From a virus (lineage: Duplodnaviria; Caudoviricetes): a stretch of DNA of 61,461 nucleotides. How positions within the stretch are numbered: the stretch's first letter is position 1; each line of letters starts with the position of its first letter. Positions 42,105-51,434 of the stretch are shown here, piece after piece. The position numbers were made by a program, and so were the translations under genes. Under the pieces are notes generated by a model, which saw only the letters and a list, made by a program, of their open reading frames with translations, had not been told where the DNA came from and did not search any database. Location of the stretch: IMG/VR virus record IMGVR_UViG_3300009151_000077, positions 1 to 61,461 of that record. One strand, written 5' to 3'.

Positions 42105-42378
42105 TGGTAAGTTTTTGTATGCATTCATTAACTTCATTTATATCTTTCTTATGAAGTGTCTCATCATACCTTAACCAGTTCAACTGACGCTTAAGTCTGT
42201 CAATAGAAAATTCAGGTGTATGGTCTAATGCTCCTCCATTTAAAAAAATGATAGATGACTCGAAATCTTTTTTCTTAGCCGTTAACTTATCATGCATATG
42301 ATAGCTGGGATTGGATAACTTTAATAAGTCATTTGTATTTGACATCCCTTGTTTTAATACTTCTAATACGAACTCCAT
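42079..42378 (-). CDS. Hypothetical protein
   Basis: ORF in chain. Confidence 0.5.
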   Translation of the reverse strand: MEFVLEVLKQGMSNTNDLLKLSNPSYHMHDKLTAKKKDFESSIIFLNGGALDHTPEFSIDRLKRQLNWLRYDETLHKKDINEVNECIQKLTNGAKTLSE

Positions 42379-42380
42379 AA

Positions 42381-42617
42381 TTATAAAGATTGTTTAATTG
42401 CTGCTTTATCAGGAAAAGCTTCAAAATCACGTAGTTTTAAATTTAATGATTCATTAAGCTTATTTCCCATCATGGTATTATCATCTATCTTTTTTTGTAA
42501 TACAGACATCTCTTTATTAAGCTTATTCATTTCTTCATTTTGCTTGTAGATGTCACTCTCGATACTTTTTAATTCAGAATATAATATTCTTCCTTGTTCC
42601 CATTGTTCTTCTGTCAT
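42381..42617 (-). CDS. Coiled-coil hypothetical protein
   Basis: ORF in chain. Confidence 0.55.
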   Translation of the reverse strand: MTEEQWEQGRILYSELKSIESDIYKQNEEMNKLNKEMSVLQKKIDDNTMMGNKLNESLNLKLRDFEAFPDKAAIKQSL

Positions 42618-42627
42618 TGTTTTTGTT

Positions 42628-44979
42628 TTAAAAATTTAACTCTAAATGTTCATCTTTCTTGGCGATGAACTCTACCATTTTACCCATTGCGTTTCTAAAT
42701 ATTCTAGGCTTCGATCCAAACTTAAACTCACCGTATGCATCTAACCACTTGTAGAACTTGTTATGTGATATCTTATATCTACCATAGTTCCCGTAGTCTG
42801 GATACTCGTCAGTAAAGTTGTTGTGTATCGTCTGTCCTATTGATATAGCTCCAAGCTTTGTCTCACCATTGTCCTCAGCGGTTGCCCACTCCCAAAAATC
42901 AGTGCTAGTTTCGGCTATAAATTTACGAGTTTTTAAGTTCATGAACTCACTCTTTATCAATCCACTAGACAAGTATGTCTGTATGTTTTGTATCATGTAG
43001 TTATCAAACTTAGTCCATTCTTGCTTAGTCCAACCAGCAAATAACATGTGACCGAACTCGCTCTCTGGTGTGAACGACTTGTTGTAGTGCTGCTTGAATT
43101 CTAGATCCCACTTACGTCTCTCGAATGAGTTACCTGCACCCTTGATGGCATAGTTTGTCGTTATGACAATCTTTGGTGCGTCCTCAAACGGTATGTGTAT
43201 CTCGTCCTTGTTCTTCTTCTCTAGTGTTATACCCTCAGTAATAATACTGAACAGTCGCTCGAAGTCAAAGTTCTTACTAACGTCATCGAATACTAGTGTC
43301 TGTGTATCTACCTGCACACGTTGGTATGGGAATGACTTCTGGAAACTGAATCCCTTGCCGTCAATTATTACCATCTTCTTCATGTGGCTGATAGACTTAA
43401 CAAATATACCCTTGCCCGTACCACCCTCTGGGTTGTCACTTATCACCTCGTCATTAAGTATGACAGCTGGACAGTAACTCGCTGGCTTGTGGCTGTGCAT
43501 TAGGTAACCTAGTGTCGACTCCATTGACCTTGTCCTCTCAGAACTACCTCCAGAAATATTTTTTATGAAGGTGTTAAACTCACAATCATCGCTTGATGAC
43601 ATAACAAAGTTACGACCGATCTTCTGCTTCTCCCACACGTAACCATTGAGCTCTCGGTAGTCTATTATCTCTACATTGTCTCTTGTTACCTTGACCGCAC
43701 AGTTGTTGTAGTATATGTACGAGTCATCTATCGTGTCAACCATGAACATTGGCTCTACCTTAGATACGTAGTTCAAGAATGTCTCTTGGAAGAACTTCGT
43801 GTTGATAGCAAAGAAGTTGTACACAGACATATCGTCAATCCCAAGCAAGTACTCAAGGACAAAGTCCTTTATAACCTCCTCGTTTACATCAGATATCGTG
43901 TTGTCAAGTACCCTAACAAATACAAAGTTGTTCGACTCAGCTGGGTAGTACTTATAGAAACCATTGATTCTCAAGTACTCCCTAAACAGGTGTGGTACAA
44001 GATCAATCTTGCCCTTGCTTGTCTTGGTCCAGAATGTATTGCTGTCAGCTGTCTCGATCAAGTAGTCGATCACATCAACACCATGCTTAGACTTGATGTC
44101 ATTGCTCGGAACGCCCATCTTCATGTCGTTCTTTATGCTGACCGTCTTATCTATGTCCTCGTAGAACTTGGTGCCGTGTGATGCGGTGTTGCGGTATGCA
44201 GACCATATGATAGTGCCGATCTCCTTCTCCATGTCTCCATCGTCATAAGACATCAGTACCGACTTGGCCTCATCTTGAGGTATGCCAAACTCATTTAGTG
44301 CTGACGCTAGGATGAATAGGTTATTGTTTCTCTGACCCTTGATCATTCCGTAGCTTTTGTTCCACCATATTGTTAGGCGTCTAGTAATCTCGTTAGTGTC
44401 ATTTATAGTAATCTTAGGTCTAACGTACACAGCTTCAGATGAATCAGATTCCATGTCCTCCCAAGTTGATGACAGCTCATTTACATGTATGTCCTCGTCA
44501 TACGACTCGTAACACACACGTGAAATATTTTTACAGCTTACGTCAAACTCATCACAATCATAATATTTTTTAAGTGATGCAAAGTATTTCTTATGATTCA
44601 TTGGGTCCTTTGGTATCCTTACTAGGACCTTAAGACCGTCTCCAGATGGTGACGTGAACACGCAGTAGCTGTACTCATCCTCCATCAGTACCACTCGCTT
44701 GTTGTACAGGTCCTGCTCGTTCTTAAATCCATCGAAGTCTATGCATATAAATCCGCTGTGCTCTATTATCGCATTGTCAGATCGTTTGCTAAAGGTACCA
44801 GAGAAACATATCGCTGGTAACTTCTTCTTCTTTTCGTTACGCTCGTCCTTGGTAGATGCATTCCTAACATCTAGTACCTTGTCCCTTGAGGCACCATTTC
44901 TTATCCTATCTATTGCCATAGAAATATCCTTATAGAACGGTGCCGCAGTGTCGTTGATTGTTCTAAAGTATGTTATCAT
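42628..44979 (-). CDS. Primase-helicase (BT4734/VirE-N AEP domain, PriCT, P-loop helicase)
   Basis: KKKLPAICFSG, CIDFD, SPSGDGLK, GQRNNNLF, GGTGKG, FDD and ITTN motifs. Confidence 0.85.
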   Translation of the reverse strand: MITYFRTINDTAAPFYKDISMAIDRIRNGASRDKVLDVRNASTKDERNEKKKKLPAICFSGTFSKRSDNAIIEHSGFICIDFDGFKNEQDLYNKRVVLMEDEYSYCVFTSPSGDGLKVLVRIPKDPMNHKKYFASLKKYYDCDEFDVSCKNISRVCYESYDEDIHVNELSSTWEDMESDSSEAVYVRPKITINDTNEITRRLTIWWNKSYGMIKGQRNNNLFILASALNEFGIPQDEAKSVLMSYDDGDMEKEIGTIIWSAYRNTASHGTKFYEDIDKTVSIKNDMKMGVPSNDIKSKHGVDVIDYLIETADSNTFWTKTSKGKIDLVPHLFREYLRINGFYKYYPAESNNFVFVRVLDNTISDVNEEVIKDFVLEYLLGIDDMSVYNFFAINTKFFQETFLNYVSKVEPMFMVDTIDDSYIYYNNCAVKVTRDNVEIIDYRELNGYVWEKQKIGRNFVMSSSDDCEFNTFIKNISGGSSERTRSMESTLGYLMHSHKPASYCPAVILNDEVISDNPEGGTGKGIFVKSISHMKKMVIIDGKGFSFQKSFPYQRVQVDTQTLVFDDVSKNFDFERLFSIITEGITLEKKNKDEIHIPFEDAPKIVITTNYAIKGAGNSFERRKWDLEFKQHYNKSFTPESEFGHMLFAGWTKQEWTKFDNYMIQNIQTYLSSGLIKSEFMNLKTRKFIAETSTDFWEWATAEDNGETKLGAISIGQTIHNNFTDEYPDYGNYGRYKISHNKFYKWLDAYGEFKFGSKPRIFRNAMGKMVEFIAKKDEHLELNF

Positions 44980-45191
44980 TTGCTTAGTTCCTTTTTTAAT
45001 TTAGTTAAGTATAATATATTGTCCATCTGCTCCTCTATAGCGTGGTCTATCCATTCGGTTACAGACAGATCATCTCTGTCCATTGTGTTGTTATACTTCT
45101 TTATTCCCTTTATCGACCTTTCTTTAAATCGAAAAATTACAGAGTCGACAATGCTGTCAACCTGCTCGTGTGTTGAATTTGAATACCACAT
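44976..45191 (-). CDS. Small all-alpha protein, possible MazG-like nucleotide pyrophosphohydrolase
   Basis: GIKKY...EWIDHAIEEQMDNILY pattern. Confidence 0.45.
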   Translation of the reverse strand: MWYSNSTHEQVDSIVDSVIFRFKERSIKGIKKYNNTMDRDDLSVTEWIDHAIEEQMDNILYLTKLKKELSK

Positions 45192-45214
45192 ATATATAAA
45201 ATTAAAGATTACTT

Positions 45215-45248
45215 AAAAAGAGGGTAGGCCATCCATAACTGCCTACCC
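45215..45248 (-). terminator. Terminator-like hairpin
   Basis: GGGTAGGC-11 nt-GCCTACCC followed by TCTTTTT on the minus strand. Confidence 0.55.
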
Positions 45249-45305
45249 AGAGTTTTTCCAAATATGGTTGGTTAACCACAGAACTCTAACTGTACCTATG
45301 AAGTG

Positions 45306-45356
45306 AAGTCGGGACAGGACTCGAACCTGTACACGTGACCATCTCACATCCCGACT
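45306..45356 (-). ncRNA. tRNA-like RNA lacking an anticodon arm
   Basis: AGUCGGG/CCCGACU acceptor stem, GUGA-GAUGG-UCAC D-like arm, ACAGG-UUCGAGU-CCUGU T arm; only 4 nt between D and T arms. Confidence 0.6.
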
Positions 45357-45520
45357 TATTGACCTATTTAATTGTTACTAATTGTTATTTCAAAATGATA
45401 CATAAGAAATGCAATTCTAATACACTTATCTTCAAAGTCAATTGCTATCATTGGAGTAATAGATATTACATTCCATGCTTTATAACTGTTAATTAATTTT
45501 GCTTTCATTTTTAATATTAT

Positions 45521-45703
45521 TTAGTTGTTTGGAATAAAATTAATTGTCATAGACACTAACTGTCCATCTTCCTGTTTTGTGTACTCTACTGAGTCAACAC
45601 TTACTAAATTTATTCCCATATGATTAGGAAATACATCTACTGGTATTGGGCAGTAAGCATCATTCATTACCACATCTTCAATCATTACTTTTTCTTTTGT
45701 CAT
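45521..45703 (-). CDS. Hypothetical protein
   Basis: 60-aa ORF with A-rich upstream region. Confidence 0.55.
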   Translation of the reverse strand: MTKEKVMIEDVVMNDAYCPIPVDVFPNHMGINLVSVDSVEYTKQEDGQLVSMTINFIPNN

Positions 45704-45906
45704 AATTATTAGATTTAAATTATTACTAAACTATTTTTTTTTCATCTTACTCTCAAACCAGTAACCTATGAACATTGGCATTGATATCCATCCTAACAAT
45801 ACAGACCATACGATGTTGAACATCTGTCTACTTGTGCCAATGTTTGGCTCATGGACCACACCAAATGTAAACACGGTGGAGAATAAGTAATACAGTAACC
45901 ACATGA

Positions 45907-46233
45907 TTAAAAAGGTAAGTCCTCGTCAGCATTGTCACCAACAGGTGTCTGCTTAACTGATTCGATCATACCCTCTACTCTCCATGCCTCTAAGTTATTG
46001 AAGTACTTTCCGTTGTACTCCCTACCTCTGATTCTGAATGATACCTCAACCTCTTGACCCTCAGCAATCTGATCTAACTTGTCGCAGTTAGTCTGTGTCA
46101 GTTGGAATGCAATATCCTGTGGATACTTCTCGTCTGGAACATTTAATACAAACTCACGCTTTTGGAACTTGTCAGTAATCTGAACCGTGTCGTTGATCAC
46201 CTTGATCAACCCTTTCATTTTGAATTCACTCAT
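45907..46233 (-). CDS. Single-stranded DNA-binding protein (DUF3127 type)
   Basis: FQKREFV, YPQ.I.F, GRE...KYFN.L.AWR and acidic DLPF tail. Confidence 0.85.
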   Translation of the reverse strand: MSEFKMKGLIKVINDTVQITDKFQKREFVLNVPDEKYPQDIAFQLTQTNCDKLDQIAEGQEVEVSFRIRGREYNGKYFNNLEAWRVEGMIESVKQTPVGDNADEDLPF

Positions 46234-47000
46234 TTGTTTTTTGATTTTAGTAAATTATAATACTCATTTGCATACTTCTCGGCAGCAGCTAACCGTTTGT
46301 CCATCTTGACAATATCATCGCTCGTAAGCTTTACAGGAACTATCGTAGCTCGAAGTTCGTCGTCTAGGTCCTCCATGTAGTGCAGGCTGTCATGCTCATA
46401 GTCTGGTTTCAACGCCTCGGGGGTTGTCGTAAGAATAAATGCAACCTCACCGTCTGACCAGTCATCTCCCGTCATCTTAGTTAGCATGTACAAATAGTGT
46501 TTTACTTGCCACTCATAGCCACTATCGTATGCCTTCTTAATTGTTTTAGGGAACGTCTTCTTTGACCATGAGGACTTCAAGTCGATCACCTTCCTTCTTT
46601 CACAATCAACAACGTCTGGGTGACCACCCGATATGCCGTACTCAAGCTCGTAGAAGTTATCGAACGACTCCTGTTTATGGTAGTCCGTGAAGAAGATGCG
46701 GTTGTATATCTCGCATGACTCTGCCTCAACGTCCCATCCCTTCTGAGTCTTCGAGTTGGAGAAGTTCTCCTCGTACTCGTACACTTGCCTATCGATGATG
46801 TCCTCGATCAAGCCCTTGGCACCTGTGCTCAGCTCTACCGAATCCATCTTTAGCTCTAACTTGTCACGGTCCTTAGCCTGTGCCTCTGTTAGCTTGACCT
46901 TAGACTTAAGGTCGTTTAGCTTTGCCAATTGGATGTCAGTCAGTCCGTCATCTCCCAAGAACAATGGTGCACATGACGATGATCTAATTCTTAACTTCAT
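46230..47000 (-). CDS. YqaJ/lambda-exo-like PD-(D/E)XK exonuclease
   Basis: IRSSS, GHPD, IDLKSSW and YEWQVKHY motifs. Confidence 0.75.
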   Translation of the reverse strand: MKLRIRSSSCAPLFLGDDGLTDIQLAKLNDLKSKVKLTEAQAKDRDKLELKMDSVELSTGAKGLIEDIIDRQVYEYEENFSNSKTQKGWDVEAESCEIYNRIFFTDYHKQESFDNFYELEYGISGGHPDVVDCERRKVIDLKSSWSKKTFPKTIKKAYDSGYEWQVKHYLYMLTKMTGDDWSDGEVAFILTTTPEALKPDYEHDSLHYMEDLDDELRATIVPVKLTSDDIVKMDKRLAAAEKYANEYYNLLKSKNK

Positions 47001-47469
47001 TGAGTACCTCCATCTGTTCGTTAGTAATAGTGTAAGCTTTCTTGATCTTATCGATCGTTGTTCTGCCCGACTCTAAAGCCTCAACAGCCTTGGCAAGTTG
47101 TGCGTCTGATAGTGTAGGTAACTCCTTCTTAGGCAATGGTCTGGTGCTAAATCGCAACGCATCAACCAATCCTTGTGGACTCTTTACCTTCTCTGTCATC
47201 ATGACAATCTGCTTGCCTATGTATTCGTCGGGGTTAAAGGAATTAAAGAATGTCTCAAGACGCTTGAAGTTTGACCTATTGCATATCATTGGCTTGTCAA
47301 ATTCTTTTAGCTTGATGAACACCTTGTCCTCCTTGCCCATCTCTCCGACAAATACATCTTGATATATTCGATCGATCGTGACAATCTTTGGCTCGTATTT
47401 TCCATTCACTTCCAAGTCCCACGAGCCTAGGTACTTGTTGTCTTTCATTAGATTTCTCCAGTGTGCCAT
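46984..47469 (-). CDS. Putative ssDNA-binding/annealing protein
   Basis: HWR...YLGSWDL, N..N.K and ALR motifs; adjacent to exonuclease and SSB. Confidence 0.45.
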   Translation of the reverse strand: MAHWRNLMKDNKYLGSWDLEVNGKYEPKIVTIDRIYQDVFVGEMGKEDKVFIKLKEFDKPMICNRSNFKRLETFFNSFNPDEYIGKQIVMMTEKVKSPQGLVDALRFSTRPLPKKELPTLSDAQLAKAVEALESGRTTIDKIKKAYTITNEQMEVLNEVKN

Positions 47470-47491
47470 ATATATTTATTTAATTAGGGGG

Positions 47492-47890
47492 TTACAAAGA
47501 TTGTAATATTTCTTTTAAACGCAATGAATAATCATCTTTTTTTATCAACAATTTGCGTTTTCGCTCTGTTAAGTACTCTAAATTGTACAGAGTTGGCTCT
47601 AGATGTGCATAGTGCATCAGCATTATTATCTTCTCTAGCTTGTTGTGGCATACATCTACGTTTACCTTATAACATCCTGCTAGCCATCCGATGCTTTCGA
47701 ATATGTACATCTGCTCGTCTGTAATCTTTTCGTACTTGTCGTTTGATGTCATGGTGTTCATGACCTCAGTCCGATTGTCCTTATCGAATACCTCTATCTT
47801 AACTCCGTGGTCTATGTACCAAGAGCTGTGACCCGTTCGGTATACTTTGTTCTCCGATTCTAGGTCTTTCCATGCTTTATTTTGGGACAT
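47492..47890 (-). CDS. Hypothetical protein
   Basis: ORF in chain. Confidence 0.55.
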   Translation of the reverse strand: MSQNKAWKDLESENKVYRTGHSSWYIDHGVKIEVFDKDNRTEVMNTMTSNDKYEKITDEQMYIFESIGWLAGCYKVNVDVCHNKLEKIIMLMHYAHLEPTLYNLEYLTERKRKLLIKKDDYSLRLKEILQSL

Positions 47891-48263
47891 ATCGAAGCAT
47901 TTTATTTTCTACTATAAAGTACTCTGTGTACTTATTTTCTTGGTATATTACAGATACTCTGTAGTCACCTGTTTTTAGTCTTGACGTGATTAGTATGTAC
48001 ACTTTATTTGTGTTAAACTGATCGACCCAATTCATGAATATAACTACGTCTGATTCTCTAACTATGCTTTTCTTTGTGGTGTCGTAGTCATTTTCATCTA
48101 ACATTTTAAACGTTTTGTGTATGGCTTCTTCCCTAGTCTTTGCCGACGTGTAGTAAACCTTGTCTCCACCGCTGTATTGTATTGTGTCAAATCCAGTAAA
48201 GACTTGAGCGAATGATGTTACCGACATTCCGAGGAATAACATCGTGATTTTAATTGTTTTCAT
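47877..48263 (-). CDS. Secreted/periplasmic hypothetical protein
   Basis: Sec signal MKTIKITMLFLGMSVTSFA|Q with the Gln +1 typical of Bacteroidota. Confidence 0.6.
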   Translation of the reverse strand: MKTIKITMLFLGMSVTSFAQVFTGFDTIQYSGGDKVYYTSAKTREEAIHKTFKMLDENDYDTTKKSIVRESDVVIFMNWVDQFNTNKVYILITSRLKTGDYRVSVIYQENKYTEYFIVENKMLRYVPK

Positions 48264-48586
48264 ATAATTTAAATTTAAGTTAGTAATTCAGACATCGCCT
48301 CAAACATCGTAGCGACTACGAATACGGATGATATCATTAGTGTAGCTATAAATATTATCATTACCCATCTGATGTTTATAAAAAACCTAGGTAGTAAACA
48401 TGACAGCAGTAGCACCGACATGGAAATTAAAAAATTAGTCATCGTTCAAGTGTTTTAAAAATTTATCCCTCTCCTCTCTGCTATTCGCAGTCCTTACGTG
48501 GACCCAACATATATAGAGGACCCTCCTCTGTATATAATACACACAGTTTCCAAAGAAATCTATGCCTGCAATACATCTGTAATGTT

Positions 48587-48787
48587 TCATTTTGTTTGTT
48601 GTTTATAGTCAATAATAAATCCGATAGCAACGATTATGTTCATGCCCAATGATGCTAGTATCTCCTTGATGTCGGAGTAGACATGTATGCTCAAGTGTAT
48701 GTGACCCACCATCCAAAATGGTATCGATAAGTTCTGGCTCACCCATACAATAGCGTACCTTATAAATCTAGTTCTCATGCATGTCAT
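48587..48787 (-). CDS. Small membrane protein
   Basis: Two hydrophobic segments (WVSQNLSIPFWMVGH). Confidence 0.5.
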   Translation of the reverse strand: MTCMRTRFIRYAIVWVSQNLSIPFWMVGHIHLSIHVYSDIKEILASLGMNIIVAIGFIIDYKQQTK

Positions 48788-48953
48788 GTATTACTATCTG
48801 TATAACCGATAAGTCGATCGATGTTACACTCGTGTCGGGGTCAACGAAGAACATGTTGAAGTAGTGCATAGCATCGTCCTTGTTGTCTGCCCATACCCTG
48901 TCGACGTAGTCGTCAGTACCCGATAGGGTGTAATTAATTCTGAATGATTTCAT
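48768..48953 (-). CDS. Small early hypothetical protein
   Basis: ORF in chain. Confidence 0.5.
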   Translation of the reverse strand: MKSFRINYTLSGTDDYVDRVWADNKDDAMHYFNMFFVDPDTSVTSIDLSVIQIVIHDMHEN

Positions 48954-49080
48954 AGCTTGCAGATATATATAACGTTATTACTATCGCCAAATTTTCTCAA
49001 GGCTTCAGCGTAACTCCTTGCGTCTATGTTCACTCCCGAACATAGGTTGTCTGATATTGTGTAGCAGATGTGGTATCTTG

Positions 49081-49344
49081 TCATAGCTCTAGTTCTATAT
49101 GGTTAATAACTTGGTATTCGTAGTCAACGTCGTTGTTGTATGGATATGCCTGTATGATATACTGCAACCATTCACGTTCGTTCGTGAATTCATACTTCGG
49201 CATGTAGTCTAAGTGCACGTCAAATTTTCCCTCAGAAAATTCAATTGTTTGCCACTCGTCTAGTTCTTCGAATTGTATGCAGTGTGTTTCGACTCCGTGA
49301 GTCAGCTCTACATATCGGATGATAGGATTGATTTTTGCTTTCAT
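49081..49344 (-). CDS. Small early hypothetical protein
   Basis: ORF in chain. Confidence 0.55.
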   Translation of the reverse strand: MKAKINPIIRYVELTHGVETHCIQFEELDEWQTIEFSEGKFDVHLDYMPKYEFTNEREWLQYIIQAYPYNNDVDYEYQVINHIELEL

Positions 49345-49692
49345 AGTGTTGGTTTTTGTTAAGTTGTGTTAAAAAATGTTGGTTAATGTTGGTTTAATGT
49401 TGATTTGAAATTTTGTAAGCCTTGGTACGACTAGGTTAGTGTTAGAATGTTAATTTTTACCCTTTAGTAGAGAAAAAAAAATAAAATATATATATATATA
49501 GTATATAGTATTACTATATACTGTAATTATTTTAATTTCACGCTAGTTTTAGCTTTAAAATCAACATTTCAACACAAAGTCAATGATAGTAAGGGTTTCG
49601 TGAAAAAAAATCAACACTAAATCAACACGAGTTAACACTAGTATTTGTTAAACGATTGATTGATAGGTTGTTAGCTGATTTGATTTCAACAC
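49345..49692. repeat. Mirrored iteron-like array around an AT-rich palindrome; putative replication origin
   Basis: About 8 TGTT(A/G) units on the left, about 6 (T/C)AACA units on the right, central (TA)n and AGTATATAGTA-T-TACTATATACT. Confidence 0.55.
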
Positions 49693-49698
49693 TCACAA

Positions 49699-50055
49699 TC
49701 ACAGGTTGATTGTCGAGCCGTCGTTCAGATTAAAGATTGCTTTTTGGTTGTTCTGTAGTCCAACGAAGACAGCCTTGCTCTCATTGTCATATACCCTTGA
49801 GATATCTAGATAGAGCCATCCATCGTCGACCCATCCACCAAGGAAGTTCTCGTCGACTGATAGCTCTAGACCTTTCTCTGCGATGAATTGATTGATTGTC
49901 TGTTCGATCGATTGGCGGGTCTCGTCTATTGGTGTATGAGAGCCTCCCTTTAGGCTGACCACATAGCCAGATGTTGGGGCTGTTCCTAAGGCTAAGTTAA
50001 ATGTAGCTCCACCATTCTGAATGATGGAGTCTACGAAGTCGTGTAGGTTGTTCAT
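49699..50055 (-). CDS. Early protein of the GATF...GY.V...LGGW...YLDIS...NQKAIF family (possible SAM-lyase-like fold)
   Basis: Motif pattern; similar to a segment of the giant protein. Confidence 0.55.
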   Translation of the reverse strand: MNNLHDFVDSIIQNGGATFNLALGTAPTSGYVVSLKGGSHTPIDETRQSIEQTINQFIAEKGLELSVDENFLGGWVDDGWLYLDISRVYDNESKAVFVGLQNNQKAIFNLNDGSTINL

Positions 50056-50066
50056 GTTTATAGGTT

Positions 50067-50297
50067 TTAAAGGTTAATATTTTCATCATTTAGTTCAAGA
50101 GATTTCTCGTAGTCAGAAAGAAATTTCTCGTAATCAGAAAGTAATTTTATTAGATTTGTCGTTTGCAATTCATTGAATGTATTACTTAATGTCTTAATAA
50201 ATCTATCAGCGTTATTTTTTCTTACTGCTCTTTCAAATGCTTCAAGCACCTCTCCGTTGTCAAATTGAAATAGATTTTTTCTTTCTTGGTTGTTCAT
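50067..50297 (-). CDS. Small early hypothetical protein
   Basis: Preceded by the repeated leader. Confidence 0.65.
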   Translation of the reverse strand: MNNQERKNLFQFDNGEVLEAFERAVRKNNADRFIKTLSNTFNELQTTNLIKLLSDYEKFLSDYEKSLELNDENINL

Positions 50298-50324
50298 AAG
50301 TTCTAGGTTTTAAAGATTAGTTAA

Positions 50325-50474
50325 TTATTTTAATTCTTCAGCGTTCCAAATTCTTCGATGTTCATTGGTTTGAAATAACATACCAATGTAATCGGTCGTC
50401 TTGTCGAATGGAATATCTCCACCGCAAAAATTATTATTCCTTACCAGAATTTCGTGGGCTTGTTCTTGTGTCAT
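50325..50474 (-). CDS. Small early hypothetical protein (49 aa)
   Basis: Read manually (MTQEQAHEIL...); preceded by the repeated leader. Confidence 0.6.
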   Translation of the reverse strand: MTQEQAHEILVRNNNFCGGDIPFDKTTDYIGMLFQTNEHRRIWNAEELK

Positions 50475-50485
50475 AAGTTCTAGGT

Positions 50486-50710
50486 TTAAAAGGTTAGTGT
50501 ATCAATCTCATCGTAAAGTTCTACATACTCTAGTGGGAATCTTTCCTTTAGTGATTGTATTAATTTTGCATGGCTGTATACCTCATAGCCATCTCGCTCT
50601 GCGTTAACGATTGGTTGGATGACCTCTGCGATTTGGCTATCGTCTAGTGTTGTTACTAGGTAGAAGTCCTCTTCTGACCATGCTGTTGTGCTGATTCTAA
50701 TTACTCTCAT
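50486..50710 (-). CDS. Small early hypothetical protein
   Basis: Preceded by the repeated leader. Confidence 0.65.
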   Translation of the reverse strand: MRVIRISTTAWSEEDFYLVTTLDDSQIAEVIQPIVNAERDGYEVYSHAKLIQSLKERFPLEYVELYDEIDTLTF

Positions 50711-50722
50711 GTTTTCTAGGTT

Positions 50723-50929
50723 TTATTGGTTAATATATCTCTCGTTAAATTGTTCTTGAGTCACCTCAGTATTGTCGATGCCCAAGTTGTATGCTATCTC
50801 TGCAACGTATTCTTTGTTATCGGGATTCAATATGCTATCGGGCCAATATCCTGTGCATGTTTCGGTTTCTTTTACTATAGCACATCCGCTTAATATTATT
50901 GTTGCTATTAAAATTAATATCGCTTTCAT
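50723..50929 (-). CDS. Small early lipoprotein
   Basis: MKAILILIATIILSG|C lipobox; preceded by the repeated leader. Confidence 0.65.
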   Translation of the reverse strand: MKAILILIATIILSGCAIVKETETCTGYWPDSILNPDNKEYVAEIAYNLGIDNTEVTQEQFNERYINQ

Positions 50930-50941
50930 AGGTTCTAGGTT

Positions 50942-51199
50942 TTAAAGTTCGTACTCGTTTCCATCCTCATCATAATACATATCGTCATCAATCTCTTCCC
51001 ACTCTGTGTAGTAATATTCTTCTTGCTCATATGCTTCGTTAAGTATGAATTCATCAGATAGACCTTCCATACCACCACGGCTTCTAAGCCAATCAATTAA
51101 GTGTTGCTCCTCAGAGAAGTATAATTCTCCATCTCCAACAACAAATCCTTCGTTCATACCACGTCCCGTAGCATCACATTTTCTTGCATATCTTTCCAT
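50942..51199 (-). CDS. Small, highly acidic early protein
   Basis: Asp/Glu/Tyr-rich C-terminus; preceded by the repeated leader. Confidence 0.7.
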   Translation of the reverse strand: MERYARKCDATGRGMNEGFVVGDGELYFSEEQHLIDWLRSRGGMEGLSDEFILNEAYEQEEYYYTEWEEIDDDMYYDEDGNEYEL

Positions 51200-51434
51200 A
51201 AGTTCTAAGTTTTAGTTGGTTTAAAAAAAAGATTTTGTTGACACTTCCTCGTGAGTGTATTCCGATACAAAATCTAATAAAAATCTTAAGCAATCGATAG
51301 GTGGTTTCGAATGTGTACTTCTTCCTTTGCTAGCCAACACATTCTAGATACTCTTGGGTTTGTTGCATTAGTATCCATAGCAATAAATAATGATGGTACC
51401 ATGCCCCATCACTCGGCATTTTTTACTTGGTTAG

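Noticed and set aside
45306-45356. Functional tRNA gene or attP site
   Set aside because: No anticodon arm and no integrase in the window; kept only as a tRNA-like RNA
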